Assembly (NCBI GenBank): GCA_040219255.1
Contig: JAVJSW010000023.1
Coordinates: forward strand, 1-38,568
Reading direction: 5' to 3'
From: Sumerlaeia bacterium
Lineage (GTDB): Bacteria > Sumerlaeota > Sumerlaeia > SLMS01 > JAHLLQ01
Length of the DNA: 38,568 nt
Shown here: piece by piece, positions 17,056 through 26,657 of the stretch
Layout: every line of letters starts with the position of its first letter
How positions within the stretch are numbered: the stretch's first letter is position 1
Notes under the pieces: generated by a model
What the model saw: the letters and a program-made list of their open reading frames with translations, nothing else
The model's database searches: none
Told to the model about the DNA's origin: nothing
Program-made: the position numbers and the translations under genes

Positions 17056-18633
17056 ATGGCATCGGAGAGTTCCCCCCCGCGAACCGGCCTCTCGCCGCTT
17101 CCGTTGCTCAGAGCCCTGGGCGCCCTGATGGCGTCCACGGGCGAGGAGAGCGCTGTCCTCGACGAAGCCGTGAACCTCGTGCGCGCCGCCCTGGGCGCCG
17201 AACGCTGCTCCATCCTTCTCTGCGATCCCGAAGCCAACGAACTCTACGTCGCCGCCTCCACCGGCATCGACACAGCCATCGCCAATTCGATCCGCATCCC
17301 ATTGGGCCACGGCATCGCTGGCCACGTGGCCCTCAGCGGCCAGCCCCGCCTCGGCACCGTGACCCGCAACACCGACGAACGAGGCTACACCAACCGCAGC
17401 TTCCTCAGCGTTCCCATCCCGCGCCGCCAACCCGCCACGGACATCCAGGGCGTCATCAACGTCACCAACAAGATGGAGGGCGCGCTGACCCGCGCCGACC
17501 TGGAAATCCTCGAAGCCGTCGCCGGGCTTCTCGCCGTTTCCATCGAGCGCAACCAACTGGCCGACCGCATGCGCCGCACCAACCGCGATCTGCGTCGCGC
17601 CCTGGAAGCCATCCCCGCCGGCATCCTCATCGTCGGCGCCCAGGGCCACTTCCAGGTCTCCAACGCCCGCGCCCGCACGCTCCTCGGCTGCCGTGGCGAT
17701 CAACCGTGCCTTTCCGTCGACGCCTCTCAGCTCGGCGCCCCCATCCGCGCTCGCATCCTGGAATTGGTCCGCACCACCATCGCCAGCGGCTCCGAGGTCC
17801 TCGAAGTCTTCGAAGCCGCCCCCCTGCCCCGCCCCCTCCAGGTCCGCGCCATGCCCTTTGTCCTCGAAGCGGACCAAGGATCCGAGGTCCTCCTGGTGCT
17901 CGAAGACCTGACCCTCAGCCGCGAACTCGAGGACCTGCGCCAGATCGACGAACTCAAGAACAACTTCCTCGCCATGGTCAGCCACGAACTGCGCACGCCG
18001 CTGACCAGCATTCGGGGCGCCGTCCGGCTCCTCGAAGGCATGTACTCGGAAAACCTCGACGGCACCCAGCAGGGCCTTGTGAAAATTATTGGCGGCAACA
18101 TCGAACGCCTCATCAGTGTCGTGAACGCCATCCTCGATACGAACCTGCTGGAAACCGGGCAGATGGAATTGAGCCACCACGACTTCGACCTGCTCGAGGT
18201 GGTGGGCGAACTGCTCGAACTGCGCCAAGGCGAGTTCGAGGCCAAGCACCTGACCCTGCTCTGGGATCGGCCCGAGGGCTCGCTCATCATCCACGGCGAC
18301 CGCGAACGGCTCGCCAAGGCCATCGATGCCGTCCTGCATAACGCCATCAAATACAACGATATGGGCGGCAGCATCGAAATCGCCACGGCCTGTCGCGGCA
18401 ACACCCTGACCCTCGCCATCGAGGACAGCGGGCCCGGAATCCAGGAGGAATTCCACGAAGCCATCTTCCAGAAATTCTTCCAGATCGAAGACCCCATGAC
18501 CCGCAAAGCCGGTGGCCAGGGCGTCGGCCTCTTCCTCGCCCGAGGCATCGCCACGCTCCACGGTGGCAATCTCCGCGTCCAAGATCGACAAGGCCCCGGT
18601 GTCGCCTTCGTCTTCGAACTTCCCATCAGCTAA
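17056..18633 (+). CDS. Cytoplasmic GAF-(PAS-like) sensor histidine kinase
   Basis: GAF (GHGIAGHVA, SFLSVPI, GVINV); H-box VSHELRTPL; NAIKY, DSGPGI, FQKFFQ, GQGVGL boxes; no obvious TM helix. Confidence 0.93.
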   Translation: MASESSPPRTGLSPLPLLRALGALMASTGEESAVLDEAVNLVRAALGAERCSILLCDPEANELYVAASTGIDTAIANSIRIPLGHGIAGHVALSGQPRLGTVTRNTDERGYTNRSFLSVPIPRRQPATDIQGVINVTNKMEGALTRADLEILEAVAGLLAVSIERNQLADRMRRTNRDLRRALEAIPAGILIVGAQGHFQVSNARARTLLGCRGDQPCLSVDASQLGAPIRARILELVRTTIASGSEVLEVFEAAPLPRPLQVRAMPFVLEADQGSEVLLVLEDLTLSRELEDLRQIDELKNNFLAMVSHELRTPLTSIRGAVRLLEGMYSENLDGTQQGLVKIIGGNIERLISVVNAILDTNLLETGQMELSHHDFDLLEVVGELLELRQGEFEAKHLTLLWDRPEGSLIIHGDRERLAKAIDAVLHNAIKYNDMGGSIEIATACRGNTLTLAIEDSGPGIQEEFHEAIFQKFFQIEDPMTRKAGGQGVGLFLARGIATLHGGNLRVQDRQGPGVAFVFELPIS

Positions 18634-18649
18634 GCCTACTCAAACCAAA

Positions 18650-18672
18650 GTACCACGGGCGTCCCGCCCGTG
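18650..18672. repeat. REP-like palindrome between convergent genes
   Basis: GTAC-CACGGGCG-TCC-CGCCCGTG: 8-bp stem, 3-nt loop, preceded by a GTAG-like tetramer. Confidence 0.45.
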
Positions 18673-18872
18673 ATCTGCCAGGCCTCTCACGCCAGCCACC
18701 GCGATCAAAGAGCCACCTTCAGCCGCCGACGCCAGAGGGCCAGCCCCTCGCCACAAAAAAATCCCGCTCGCCCTGCAATTTTCCCCTGCCATCGGCATTT
18801 GGTAAGGTGAAGGAAGCCTCTCCCACGCAAAGGACCCCCGCCGCCATGTCGCCCGCATCCCACCCCCAACCG

Positions 18873-19646
18873 CTACTGCTTGAATCGGAACACATCTCCC
18901 GACGACATCGTGCCATTCGTCGGGTCGTAGGTAAACGGCAGGGCCTTCCCATAAGCCTCCTCGAACGGACCCGCCGTCGCCATGCCGCCAAAGTCCAGGT
19001 CCCGGTCCGGCCCTGTGGCCTGCAACACCCACCAGTCGGGGCCGGAGGCGTATTGCATGTAGGGGCTCATGCCGGGTGGGGGTGGCGGATAAAATGAGAC
19101 GTTTGTGAACTCTCCGCTGATTTGCAGAAACCAGAGAGTCTGAATCGCGACACTGAAAGGGAAAATCACAAGCCAGTAGCAACTGCGCTCCACAGGAACA
19201 CCGGTCCTGGCCAAGACCACGATGAGAGCCGCCACAAACAGTCCGCCACAGAGACCCGTTGCTGTGTACCCAATAGCGCTACGGCGAAAAAGATACCAAA
19301 GGACTTGGGGTGCACCCGATATGAACTTCACTCGAAGGGTTGAATCTCGCGCGAGACTTTCGCCGCTCAGATATGGAATTGGCGTTGTAAGCCGACCTAT
19401 GGGAACGTCACCCCTCGCCTCCGCCGGCGGATAGGTGACATGATCCACGTAGTAGCTTTCGATAGCGGTTGCTATGCTTCGCATATCAGATCTCACACGG
19501 CTAACCGCAACACGGTAGCCACCGCTGCCGAAAGAAGCTCCTGAAACCGCCCCAACAACCGTCACGCCAACAAACGCCAGCACCATCCAGAATCCATACC
19601 GCCTTGGCAAAATCGCCCGGGCCTTCGCTCTCCAGGAACCATTCAT
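18873..19646 (-). CDS. Degenerate pilin/T2SS-G-like membrane protein with inserted TM segments (alternative start 19733)
   Basis: VSRVRSDMRSIATAIESYYVDH..YP, LTTPIPY, GPDRD, YDPTNGT.SSGDV motifs of a GspG-like pilin family; no G|FxxxE prepilin site. Confidence 0.7.
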   Translation of the reverse strand: MNGSWRAKARAILPRRYGFWMVLAFVGVTVVGAVSGASFGSGGYRVAVSRVRSDMRSIATAIESYYVDHVTYPPAEARGDVPIGRLTTPIPYLSGESLARDSTLRVKFISGAPQVLWYLFRRSAIGYTATGLCGGLFVAALIVVLARTGVPVERSCYWLVIFPFSVAIQTLWFLQISGEFTNVSFYPPPPPGMSPYMQYASGPDWWVLQATGPDRDLDFGGMATAGPFEEAYGKALPFTYDPTNGTMSSGDVFRFKQ

Positions 19647-19808
19647 CGCGCCATTCCTCCGCCGCCAACCCTCGCTCCCCGCGCCCCCGCCCGCAACCTC
19701 GACCCGCCCCCGGCAAAAGCCAAAACCGCTCATAACCCTCGCCCCCGGCGCAAACTTTGCCTACCTGGGTAGGAAGGAACCCACCCATGAGGAGCCCACG
19801 CGAAGCCC

Positions 19809-20666
19809 TTGACTGCCGAGACCGCCCGCACCAAACCCACTACCGACATCGCCCCCGGAGCCACCATCTACGGCCCCGTGAAATCCTGGCGCTATGGGCG
19901 CAGCCTGGGCATCGACATGCTGGTGCAGGATAGCATCTGCTCCTTCAACTGCGTCTATTGCCAGCTCGGCAACATCCATCAGGTCATCGACGAGCAGAAG
20001 GTCTTTGTACCGACCGAGCGTGTGATCGCCGATCTGGCCACGGTGGATATGGGCCAGGTGGACATTTGCACCTTCTCCGGCAGCGGCGAGCCGACCCTGG
20101 CGCTGAACCTGGGCGAGGTTATCGATCACATCCGCGACACCTATGACAAGGGCGTGCTGGTGCTGACGAATTCGACCTGGCTGCACGACGAAGCGACCCG
20201 CAAGCGCCTCGCCCGGGCGACCATCGTGGATTGCAAGCTCGACGCCGCCAGCGACGAGATGCTCCGCCGAGTGAACCGGGTCGCACCAGGCGTCACCATC
20301 GAGCGTATTCTGCGCGGAATCAAGGCTCTGCGCGCCGACCCGGATTTCACCGGAATGCTGACCATGCAGGTCATGTTTATGCCCATGAACCGCAAGGAAG
20401 CGGAGCCGATGGCGGACCTGATCCGCGACATCGGCCCCGATGAAATCCACCTGAACACGCCGCTGCGGCCCTATCCCAAGCAATGGTACCTGGGCGCCCG
20501 CGGCAATCACACCGGCGACATGCCGGTCGAGACAGCCAAGCTCAAGACCATCAGTCTGGAAGAAGCGGAAGAGATCGAGGCCCTACTGCGCGAACGTACC
20601 GGTGTGCCGGTCATTTCCGTTTATAAGAAAGCCCCCAAAACCGAAGGCGATGCGGACGAACGCTGA
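19809..20666 (+). CDS. Radical SAM protein (TYW1-like, COG0731-type)
   Basis: YGPVKSWRYGRSLGI, CSFNCVYC (CxxxCxxC), TFSGSGEPTL, LTN, KLDA; TTG start. Confidence 0.9.
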   Translation: MTAETARTKPTTDIAPGATIYGPVKSWRYGRSLGIDMLVQDSICSFNCVYCQLGNIHQVIDEQKVFVPTERVIADLATVDMGQVDICTFSGSGEPTLALNLGEVIDHIRDTYDKGVLVLTNSTWLHDEATRKRLARATIVDCKLDAASDEMLRRVNRVAPGVTIERILRGIKALRADPDFTGMLTMQVMFMPMNRKEAEPMADLIRDIGPDEIHLNTPLRPYPKQWYLGARGNHTGDMPVETAKLKTISLEEAEEIEALLRERTGVPVISVYKKAPKTEGDADER

Positions 20667-20699
20667 GCCCCCGGCCCCAACCCACCAAAGGACAACCCC

Positions 20700-21278
20700 A
20701 TGCCCCGTCCCCCGATTCTGCCTGCCATCGCCTGGCCCGACATCTTCGCCAGCGGCGCCGGCTTTGACGAATGGCTGAGCAAACCGGCCGACGACGATGA
20801 AGCCAACAAGTGCGAGGCGATGCTGCGTGAAGTTTCCGAACTGCCGCTCGACGCCTCCGTCGCGGGTTTCCTGCGGGCCCTGCCGCGCACCGTCCACGTG
20901 ATCGTCATCGCCGAACCCTGGTGCGGCGACGTCGTGCGTCATGTGCCGGTCCTGGAACGCATGGCCCGCGAGACGGAGAAGTTGCGCACCGCCTACATCA
21001 CACGCCAGCAGCACCCCGATGTCTTCACGCGGTACCTGACCAACGGCGGCGAGGCCATTCCCAAGTTCGTCTTCCTGAGCGAAGCCTGGACCGAGTGTGG
21101 CAATTGGGGCCCGATGCCCACGGAAGCTCGCAAAATCATCGCCCGGGGCAATGGCGCGGGCGACGTCGGTGCCGCTCGCAAACGGGTCACGACCTTCTAC
21201 GAAAGCGACCCGCGCCGCACCGTGGTGGTCGAGGAGTTGGCGGAATTGCTGGCCATCGCGACGTGTGACGCGCCCTGA
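20700..21278 (+). CDS. Thioredoxin-like protein (WCGD type)
   Basis: VIAEPWCGDV, YLTNGGEAIPKFV, WGPMP. Confidence 0.85.
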   Translation: MPRPPILPAIAWPDIFASGAGFDEWLSKPADDDEANKCEAMLREVSELPLDASVAGFLRALPRTVHVIVIAEPWCGDVVRHVPVLERMARETEKLRTAYITRQQHPDVFTRYLTNGGEAIPKFVFLSEAWTECGNWGPMPTEARKIIARGNGAGDVGAARKRVTTFYESDPRRTVVVEELAELLAIATCDAP

Positions 21279-21279
21279 T

Positions 21280-22560
21280 TCAGACAGCGCTGCCCATGGC
21301 CGCGTCGATCACCTCGTCCGCCGCGTTGCCCAGGCCGTCGAAATGCAGGCCGGTGTCGCGGCGCTGGCGGGGGCGTTCGAGGGCCAGGGCCATGTGCTGG
21401 GCGAGGCGGTCGGGTTGGACGAAGTCTTCGCGCTGGATCAGATCGACGCCCTGGTAGGAGGCGACGCGCTCGCAGCGTTCGGCCTGTTCCTGAATCTTGA
21501 AATCTCGAGCATACAACAATATGGGAATATCGGAATCCAGGATTTGGAAGATGGTGGAGCCGCCTTGCAGAATGGCTAAGTCGGCTTCCGCCAATCGCTG
21601 AGGAAATTCCGGATCGAAGGTGCGGCGGACGAATTCGCCGTTCAAGCCAGCGGCGGCGGAATCCACCTTCGTCAGCACGTCGCTGGTGATGGAGGGGCCG
21701 GTGGAGAGGTACAACTTCAGCAGATGGGGGGATTCGCGGCGCAGGCGCTGGAAGGCTTCCACGACCGGCGCGGCGAGATCGCTGCCTTCCCATCCGCCGC
21801 CGAAGCTCGCCACGATGCGGCGCTCGGCGTTGTGCTCGTGCGCCGGAATATCGGACGCCGGCACCACATAACCGATGTAGCGGGTCTTCTGGGTCATTTC
21901 CGGCGACCACCCCAGCTTTTCCTCCACATTGTAGAACGTCCGGTCGCCGGCGATCAGGATGCGGTCATAGTAGGCGTGGTGCTTGGCCGTGGGCGTCAGG
22001 AGGGTGTTGACCTTGGACGGTTCCGCCGGGGTGCAGGGGATGTCGCGAAGGAGCAGGATGCGGCGGCACTTATGACGTGACGTTTCGAGGAAACGCAGTG
22101 CGGGGAGCAGTTCGTCGCGCTTGCCATGGGGGAGTGTGTCGCAAAGGAACACCGAAGGCTGGAAACTGTGGAGCGTGGTCAGGATCAGGTTGGCCCGCAG
22201 GTCGCGCAGTTGCTGCTTGCTGAGGCCGATGTCGGCGGGGCGCTCGGCGAAGGGTTCCGCTTCCGACTTGGTCAGTTGGTACTTGGGCAGATGGATGAAG
22301 GACAGCCCTGGCGCCAATTGATACAGGATATCGGGGGCGGTGTCGGTGAGGAGGAGGAGATCGAGTTCCGGTCGGCGGCGGCGGATTTCCTGGGCGATGC
22401 GGCAGATGCGGGCGACATGGCCGAGGCCCACGATGCTGGCGGCGTAGAGGGCGATGCGGGGAGGGCGCTGGGGTTCGTAGTTCACCGGCGAGAGCAGGGG
22501 AACGCCGAGGAGGTCGAGGAAGTCCTCGCAGCGTCTGTAAATGAATCGCTTCAGGCCCAT
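21280..22560 (-). CDS. GT-B glycosyltransferase (COG4671 / GT28-C-like)
   Basis: GLGHVAR, DTLPHG, LRDI, YDRILIAGD, VASFGGG, TGP, EQAER. Confidence 0.85.
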   Translation of the reverse strand: MGLKRFIYRRCEDFLDLLGVPLLSPVNYEPQRPPRIALYAASIVGLGHVARICRIAQEIRRRRPELDLLLLTDTAPDILYQLAPGLSFIHLPKYQLTKSEAEPFAERPADIGLSKQQLRDLRANLILTTLHSFQPSVFLCDTLPHGKRDELLPALRFLETSRHKCRRILLLRDIPCTPAEPSKVNTLLTPTAKHHAYYDRILIAGDRTFYNVEEKLGWSPEMTQKTRYIGYVVPASDIPAHEHNAERRIVASFGGGWEGSDLAAPVVEAFQRLRRESPHLLKLYLSTGPSITSDVLTKVDSAAAGLNGEFVRRTFDPEFPQRLAEADLAILQGGSTIFQILDSDIPILLYARDFKIQEQAERCERVASYQGVDLIQREDFVQPDRLAQHMALALERPRQRRDTGLHFDGLGNAADEVIDAAMGSAV

Positions 22561-22774
22561 CGCCGGTAAATGCCGCAAGAAAAGTGGCCGCTAACCCTTT
22601 CGCGGGGAATGTGCTGCGCCGAGGCGGAGCCAGTGCGCCGAAGAGTCGTGGAGGAGCTTGGCCTCAGTAGGCTCATGGTCAGAGGCCCCCTGGGGTCAAG
22701 CATGGTTCAAGATGGGTGCGAAGGCAACCAGCAAGGATTGGTAAAAGCCCTTTAGGGCACAACATATTTTACTG

Positions 22775-23065
22775 CTAATCCGCTGTTCCGCCGGTCGCGC
22801 ACGCGCACGAGGACGGATTGCCAGAGCACGAGGCCGGAGCGCTGGGTTCAGAGGGTTTGGGCTCGGAACCGCTGGAGCTAGGGCGCTTGTAGTCGGTTTC
22901 GTAGAAACCCGAGCCTTTGAAAATGACGCCGGCGCCCGCGCTGAGAAGGCGGCGAACCTGGCCTTCTTCCCCGCAGCCGCAAGCGCTCAGTGGGTCCTCG
23001 CTCATGCGCTGAATGACCTCAAACGTCTGATCGCATGCATCGCAATGATACACATAAGTCGGCAT
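22775..23065 (-). CDS. FmdB family zinc-ribbon protein
   Basis: MPTYVYHCDAC..FE..Q.MSEDPL..C.C...RRLLS...FKGSGFYETDY with Ser-rich tail. Confidence 0.92.
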   Translation of the reverse strand: MPTYVYHCDACDQTFEVIQRMSEDPLSACGCGEEGQVRRLLSAGAGVIFKGSGFYETDYKRPSSSGSEPKPSEPSAPASCSGNPSSCACATGGTAD

Positions 23066-23206
23066 GATGAAACCGTGACCTCCGGAAACTAAAGCTGAGA
23101 GTCAGTCGCCTGCCCCTAAAGACAAGGCTTTCGTCGGTTTAGGATGCAGAAATCAAGCCTGAACTCTCTAACAGGATTCTCATCCTCGGAGATTCGAGGG
23201 AAGAGC

Positions 23207-24481
23207 TTAATCATTTGGGGCCTGGGAGGAGGCCGCTGAGGGCCTGGAGAACGGCGTGGAGGTTCTTGAACGGGGGCGGAATTGGCTGCGGCCGAGGTGG
23301 ATGACGTCGTCGCCGTGGCGCTCGCGAATGGCGTCGAGGGCGGAGGTGACGCGGGGGCGGGAGGCGGCGGGTGCGGAGGCCGGGTCTTCGAGGCCGCCGA
23401 GGAGATCGAGTTGCACCTCGCTTCGGCTGAGGCTGGAGACGCCGACGCCCACGAGGCGCAGGGGGCGGGCCGAGTCCCAGGAGGCACGCAGGAGTTCGAG
23501 GGCCGTGCGGTGGATCAGGGTCTGATCGTCGGTCAGGCAGGCGAGAGTGCGCGAGGCGGTGTGGGTTTCGAAGTCGCCGTAGCGATACTTGAGGACGACG
23601 GTGGAACCGCGGGCTCCCTTGCGGCGCAGGCGCAGAGCGGTTTTTCCGCTGAGGTGCGAGAGGACGGAGGAGAGTTCGGCGAGGTCGCCGACGTCGTAGC
23701 GAAAGGTGGTTTCGTGACTGACCTGCTTGGCGTCGCCCGGCGGTTCGACCCGGGCGTCGGAGGCGTTGCCGGCGATGCGCTGGTAGAGTTCCGGGCCATG
23801 GCGGCCGATCAGCGTGGCGGCGCCGGCGGGGCCAAGGCGGTAGATGTCGCCGAGGGTGCGCAAGCCAAGCGTTTCGAGGCGCTTGCGGGTGGTGGGGCCG
23901 ATGCCGGGCATCTTGCCGACGGGCAAGGGCGAGAGGAATTCGACCTCGCTGCCAGGCGGCACCCACAGGAGGCCCCGGGGTTTGCAGAGGGCCGAGGCGA
24001 TCTTGCTGACGGTGCGGCGGGTGCTGATGCCGAGCGAGCAGGGCAGGCCGGTTTCGCGCACGATGGCGTCGCGGATGGTTTCACCGATCGCCACCGGCGG
24101 TCCGAGGGTTCGGTCGCTGCCGGAGACGTCGAGGTAGGCTTCGTCCTGGCTGGCCATGCGGACGTGGGGGGTGAATCGGCGCAGGATGGCGGCGATACGG
24201 CGTGAGTACTCGCTGTAGAATCCGTAGCCAGAATTGACGAATACGAGGTGGGGGCAAAGCTGGAGGGCGCGGGCGGAGGACATGGCGGAGCGCACGCCGT
24301 ACTGCCGGGCCTCGTAGCTGGCGGACGCTACGACGCCGCGCCCCTCGCGGGCGCCGACGGCCACGGGCCGCCCGCGGAGGGAGGGTTCGTGAAGCTGCTC
24401 GATGGACACGTAGAAGGCGTCCATATCGAGATGGATGATGATGGGTGGTGGCTTGGCGGGTTGGAGGGGGTGACTCGACAT
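23207..24481 (-). CDS. dinB: DNA polymerase IV (Y family)
   Basis: HLDMDAFYVSIE, ASYEARQYGVRSAM, SQDEAYLD, SKIAS..CKPRG, GIG, LRLVGVGVS. Confidence 0.96.
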   Translation of the reverse strand: MSSHPLQPAKPPPIIIHLDMDAFYVSIEQLHEPSLRGRPVAVGAREGRGVVASASYEARQYGVRSAMSSARALQLCPHLVFVNSGYGFYSEYSRRIAAILRRFTPHVRMASQDEAYLDVSGSDRTLGPPVAIGETIRDAIVRETGLPCSLGISTRRTVSKIASALCKPRGLLWVPPGSEVEFLSPLPVGKMPGIGPTTRKRLETLGLRTLGDIYRLGPAGAATLIGRHGPELYQRIAGNASDARVEPPGDAKQVSHETTFRYDVGDLAELSSVLSHLSGKTALRLRRKGARGSTVVLKYRYGDFETHTASRTLACLTDDQTLIHRTALELLRASWDSARPLRLVGVGVSSLSRSEVQLDLLGGLEDPASAPAASRPRVTSALDAIRERHGDDVIHLGRSQFRPRSRTSTPFSRPSAASSQAPND

Positions 24482-24573
24482 GCCGGGTTCTCCGAAATTC
24501 GATGGCTGAAGTTCATCACAGAGGGCGAAGAAAAAGCAAGCGAAATTTGAGAGAAAGGCGAATTTCCGGCGAA

Positions 24574-26250
24574 TTAATCCGACGTCGGTTGCGACAGGCG
24601 CGGTCGGCGTTGGCGGGTGGGGTAGCGCACCGGGGGCTGGGTCAGGCTGGCGTAGAGGGAGCGGGAGTCGACGAGTTTGTTGTTCAGGTCGGCTCCGGTG
24701 ATGGGCCCGAGGGAGGGGTCCATTTGGAGGGCGAGCTGGTAGCTCTGGATGGCGCGCTGGACGTACTTGATGGCTTCCTGCTTATAGCTGACGACGGTGG
24801 TGCGTTCGCTGGTTTCGCTGGACTTGAGGAGTTCGGTGAAGCGCTGGGCCTGGAAGAAGTATTGATCGCCACGGAGGGCGATTTCCTTGGCCTGGCGGGC
24901 GGTCTGCTGGGCCTGCTGCTTGGCTTCGATGTCGGCTTTGGTGAAGAGGTCGGAGGCTTCCTCGACGAGGTCCTTGAAGCGCGAGTGCTTTTCGGGGAAG
25001 GTGCGGGCCAGTTCGCGGGCGAGGAGGTAGTTGCCCTGCTGGAAGGCGTCTTTGGCCTCGTTGAGGTCCGAGAGGGCGGACTGGCGAAGCAGGTTCGTGG
25101 CGATTTCGTTGTCCGGGTCGTTGGCGAGAATGTAATCCGCTTCCTGGAGAGCGAGGCTCATCATGCCGTTGTTGACGAGGTCCTGGAGGAGGGCGGCCTG
25201 ACCTTGCCAGTCGTCGGGGGCGAGTTCGGAGCGGCGCTTTTCATATTCCAGGTAGGCGATTTCCTCGGCGTTGTCGGTGGTGTCGAACATCTGATCGTGG
25301 CGGCGATAGAGGTTGAGGGCTTCGTCGAGTTTGCCTTCCGCCGCTTTGGTCTGGGCGACCTGCTCCATGGCGTTGCTGAGCATGGCGTCGTAGGTGCTGG
25401 AGCGATACTGGGTGGACTGGTAGACTTTGTAGAGGGGGCGAAGGGCGGCTTCGTACTGGCGGTTCTGGACGAGCAGTTCGGCGACTTTCTGATTCAGGGA
25501 AAGGTCGTCGGGGTTTTCCTGCAGTTTGTTCTGATAGATGGCGAGGACGCGGTCCTGGCGAGCCGGGTCTTTTTCCCACAGGGCCAGGAGTTCGTCCTTG
25601 ATGTCCTCGTCGTTGCCGTCGATCTGCAGGGCTTTCATCAGGTAATACTCGCCGCCCTCGGGGTCCAGACGGTCGACGCGCGAGAGGCCCCATTCCTTGT
25701 AGAGGTTCTTGCGGGCCTGCATCACGGCGTCTTTTTGGCTGTCGAGGGTGACTCGGCCGGCGACGCGTTCGATGAGGGCTTCGGCGCGCTCGAAGTCTTC
25801 GGAATCGATAAGTTCGCGGGCCTGTTCGAGGAGTTCGCCGTTTTCCTTGGAAAGTTGCTCTTCCTGGGACCGGCGTTGACCGTCGAGGGCCTGGCGGGTG
25901 GAGGCGACGCCTTGCTGGGCGGGTTCGAAGTTGGGGTCGGAGTCGAGGGCGCGCTGGTACATTTCCAGAGCCATGGTGTAGTTCTTGGCTTCGTAGTGCT
26001 GATTGGCGATGATGGTATAATCGGTGGGGTCGTCGTGCTCGACGACGCGTTCGATACGGGCGCGGGGGATTTCCAGGCGGCCGGTGGCGGAAATCAGGAC
26101 GAGATTGTCGGGGTTTCCGGCGACGCTTTCGACCCGGCCCAAGCGGCGCTCGCCATTGGTGAAGATCACCTCGTCGGCGGAGGCGGTCATGGAGGCGGTG
26201 GCTGCCAGAACGAGAGCGGCGCGAAGAATAAGTGTATAGGAAGAGGTCAT
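24574..26250 (-). CDS. Secreted TPR-repeat protein
   Basis: Signal peptide (LILRAALVLAATASMTASA|D); helical repeats such as ALEMYQRALDSDPNF, YLMKALQIDG, YILANDPDN, YQLALQMDP. Confidence 0.8.
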   Translation of the reverse strand: MTSSYTLILRAALVLAATASMTASADEVIFTNGERRLGRVESVAGNPDNLVLISATGRLEIPRARIERVVEHDDPTDYTIIANQHYEAKNYTMALEMYQRALDSDPNFEPAQQGVASTRQALDGQRRSQEEQLSKENGELLEQARELIDSEDFERAEALIERVAGRVTLDSQKDAVMQARKNLYKEWGLSRVDRLDPEGGEYYLMKALQIDGNDEDIKDELLALWEKDPARQDRVLAIYQNKLQENPDDLSLNQKVAELLVQNRQYEAALRPLYKVYQSTQYRSSTYDAMLSNAMEQVAQTKAAEGKLDEALNLYRRHDQMFDTTDNAEEIAYLEYEKRRSELAPDDWQGQAALLQDLVNNGMMSLALQEADYILANDPDNEIATNLLRQSALSDLNEAKDAFQQGNYLLARELARTFPEKHSRFKDLVEEASDLFTKADIEAKQQAQQTARQAKEIALRGDQYFFQAQRFTELLKSSETSERTTVVSYKQEAIKYVQRAIQSYQLALQMDPSLGPITGADLNNKLVDSRSLYASLTQPPVRYPTRQRRPRLSQPTSD

Positions 26251-26657
26251 GGAAGTCGGCTCCTTGTGGCGGCCAGAGGGGGGTGGTGCGGACTGGCCGG
26301 TCTTTGCCCACGGGTCGGGGTAGCAAGAACGTGCCCGGCCGGGCCGCCCGCGTCCCCTAGGACGAAAGTTTAGACCGAAATGTTCCGCGTGTCTCTATCG
26401 GGGGCTAGAAGAAAAGGCGCGAAAAACGAAAGGCTGGCCGATGGCGGGCGTGAAAGGGGGGGCTCTGTCTCACCTGCCGGTTCCCCGGGCAATCCTTCGA
26501 TTCGTTGTGCTGTCCCCACTATCGGGTTGCCACCCTGTCCGTTATCTTCAAACGTTCGATTTATCGAAAGTGTTCCCGAGCGGGTGACCGTGCCGATTCC
26601 GTGCGGCCTGCGGCGCAAGGACGACTTTCCGACTCACGCGCCGACGGAGCATTGGCT

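Noticed and set aside
23066-23206. Riboswitch (e.g. c-di-GMP-I) upstream of the FmdB-like gene
   Set aside because: A GAAA-containing hairpin is present but the GGCAAAC...GACGCAAAG core is absent.
24482-24573. LexA/SOS box upstream of dinB
   Set aside because: No CTGT-N8-ACAG or GAAC-N4-GTTC match seen; a lineage-specific box cannot be inferred from one site.
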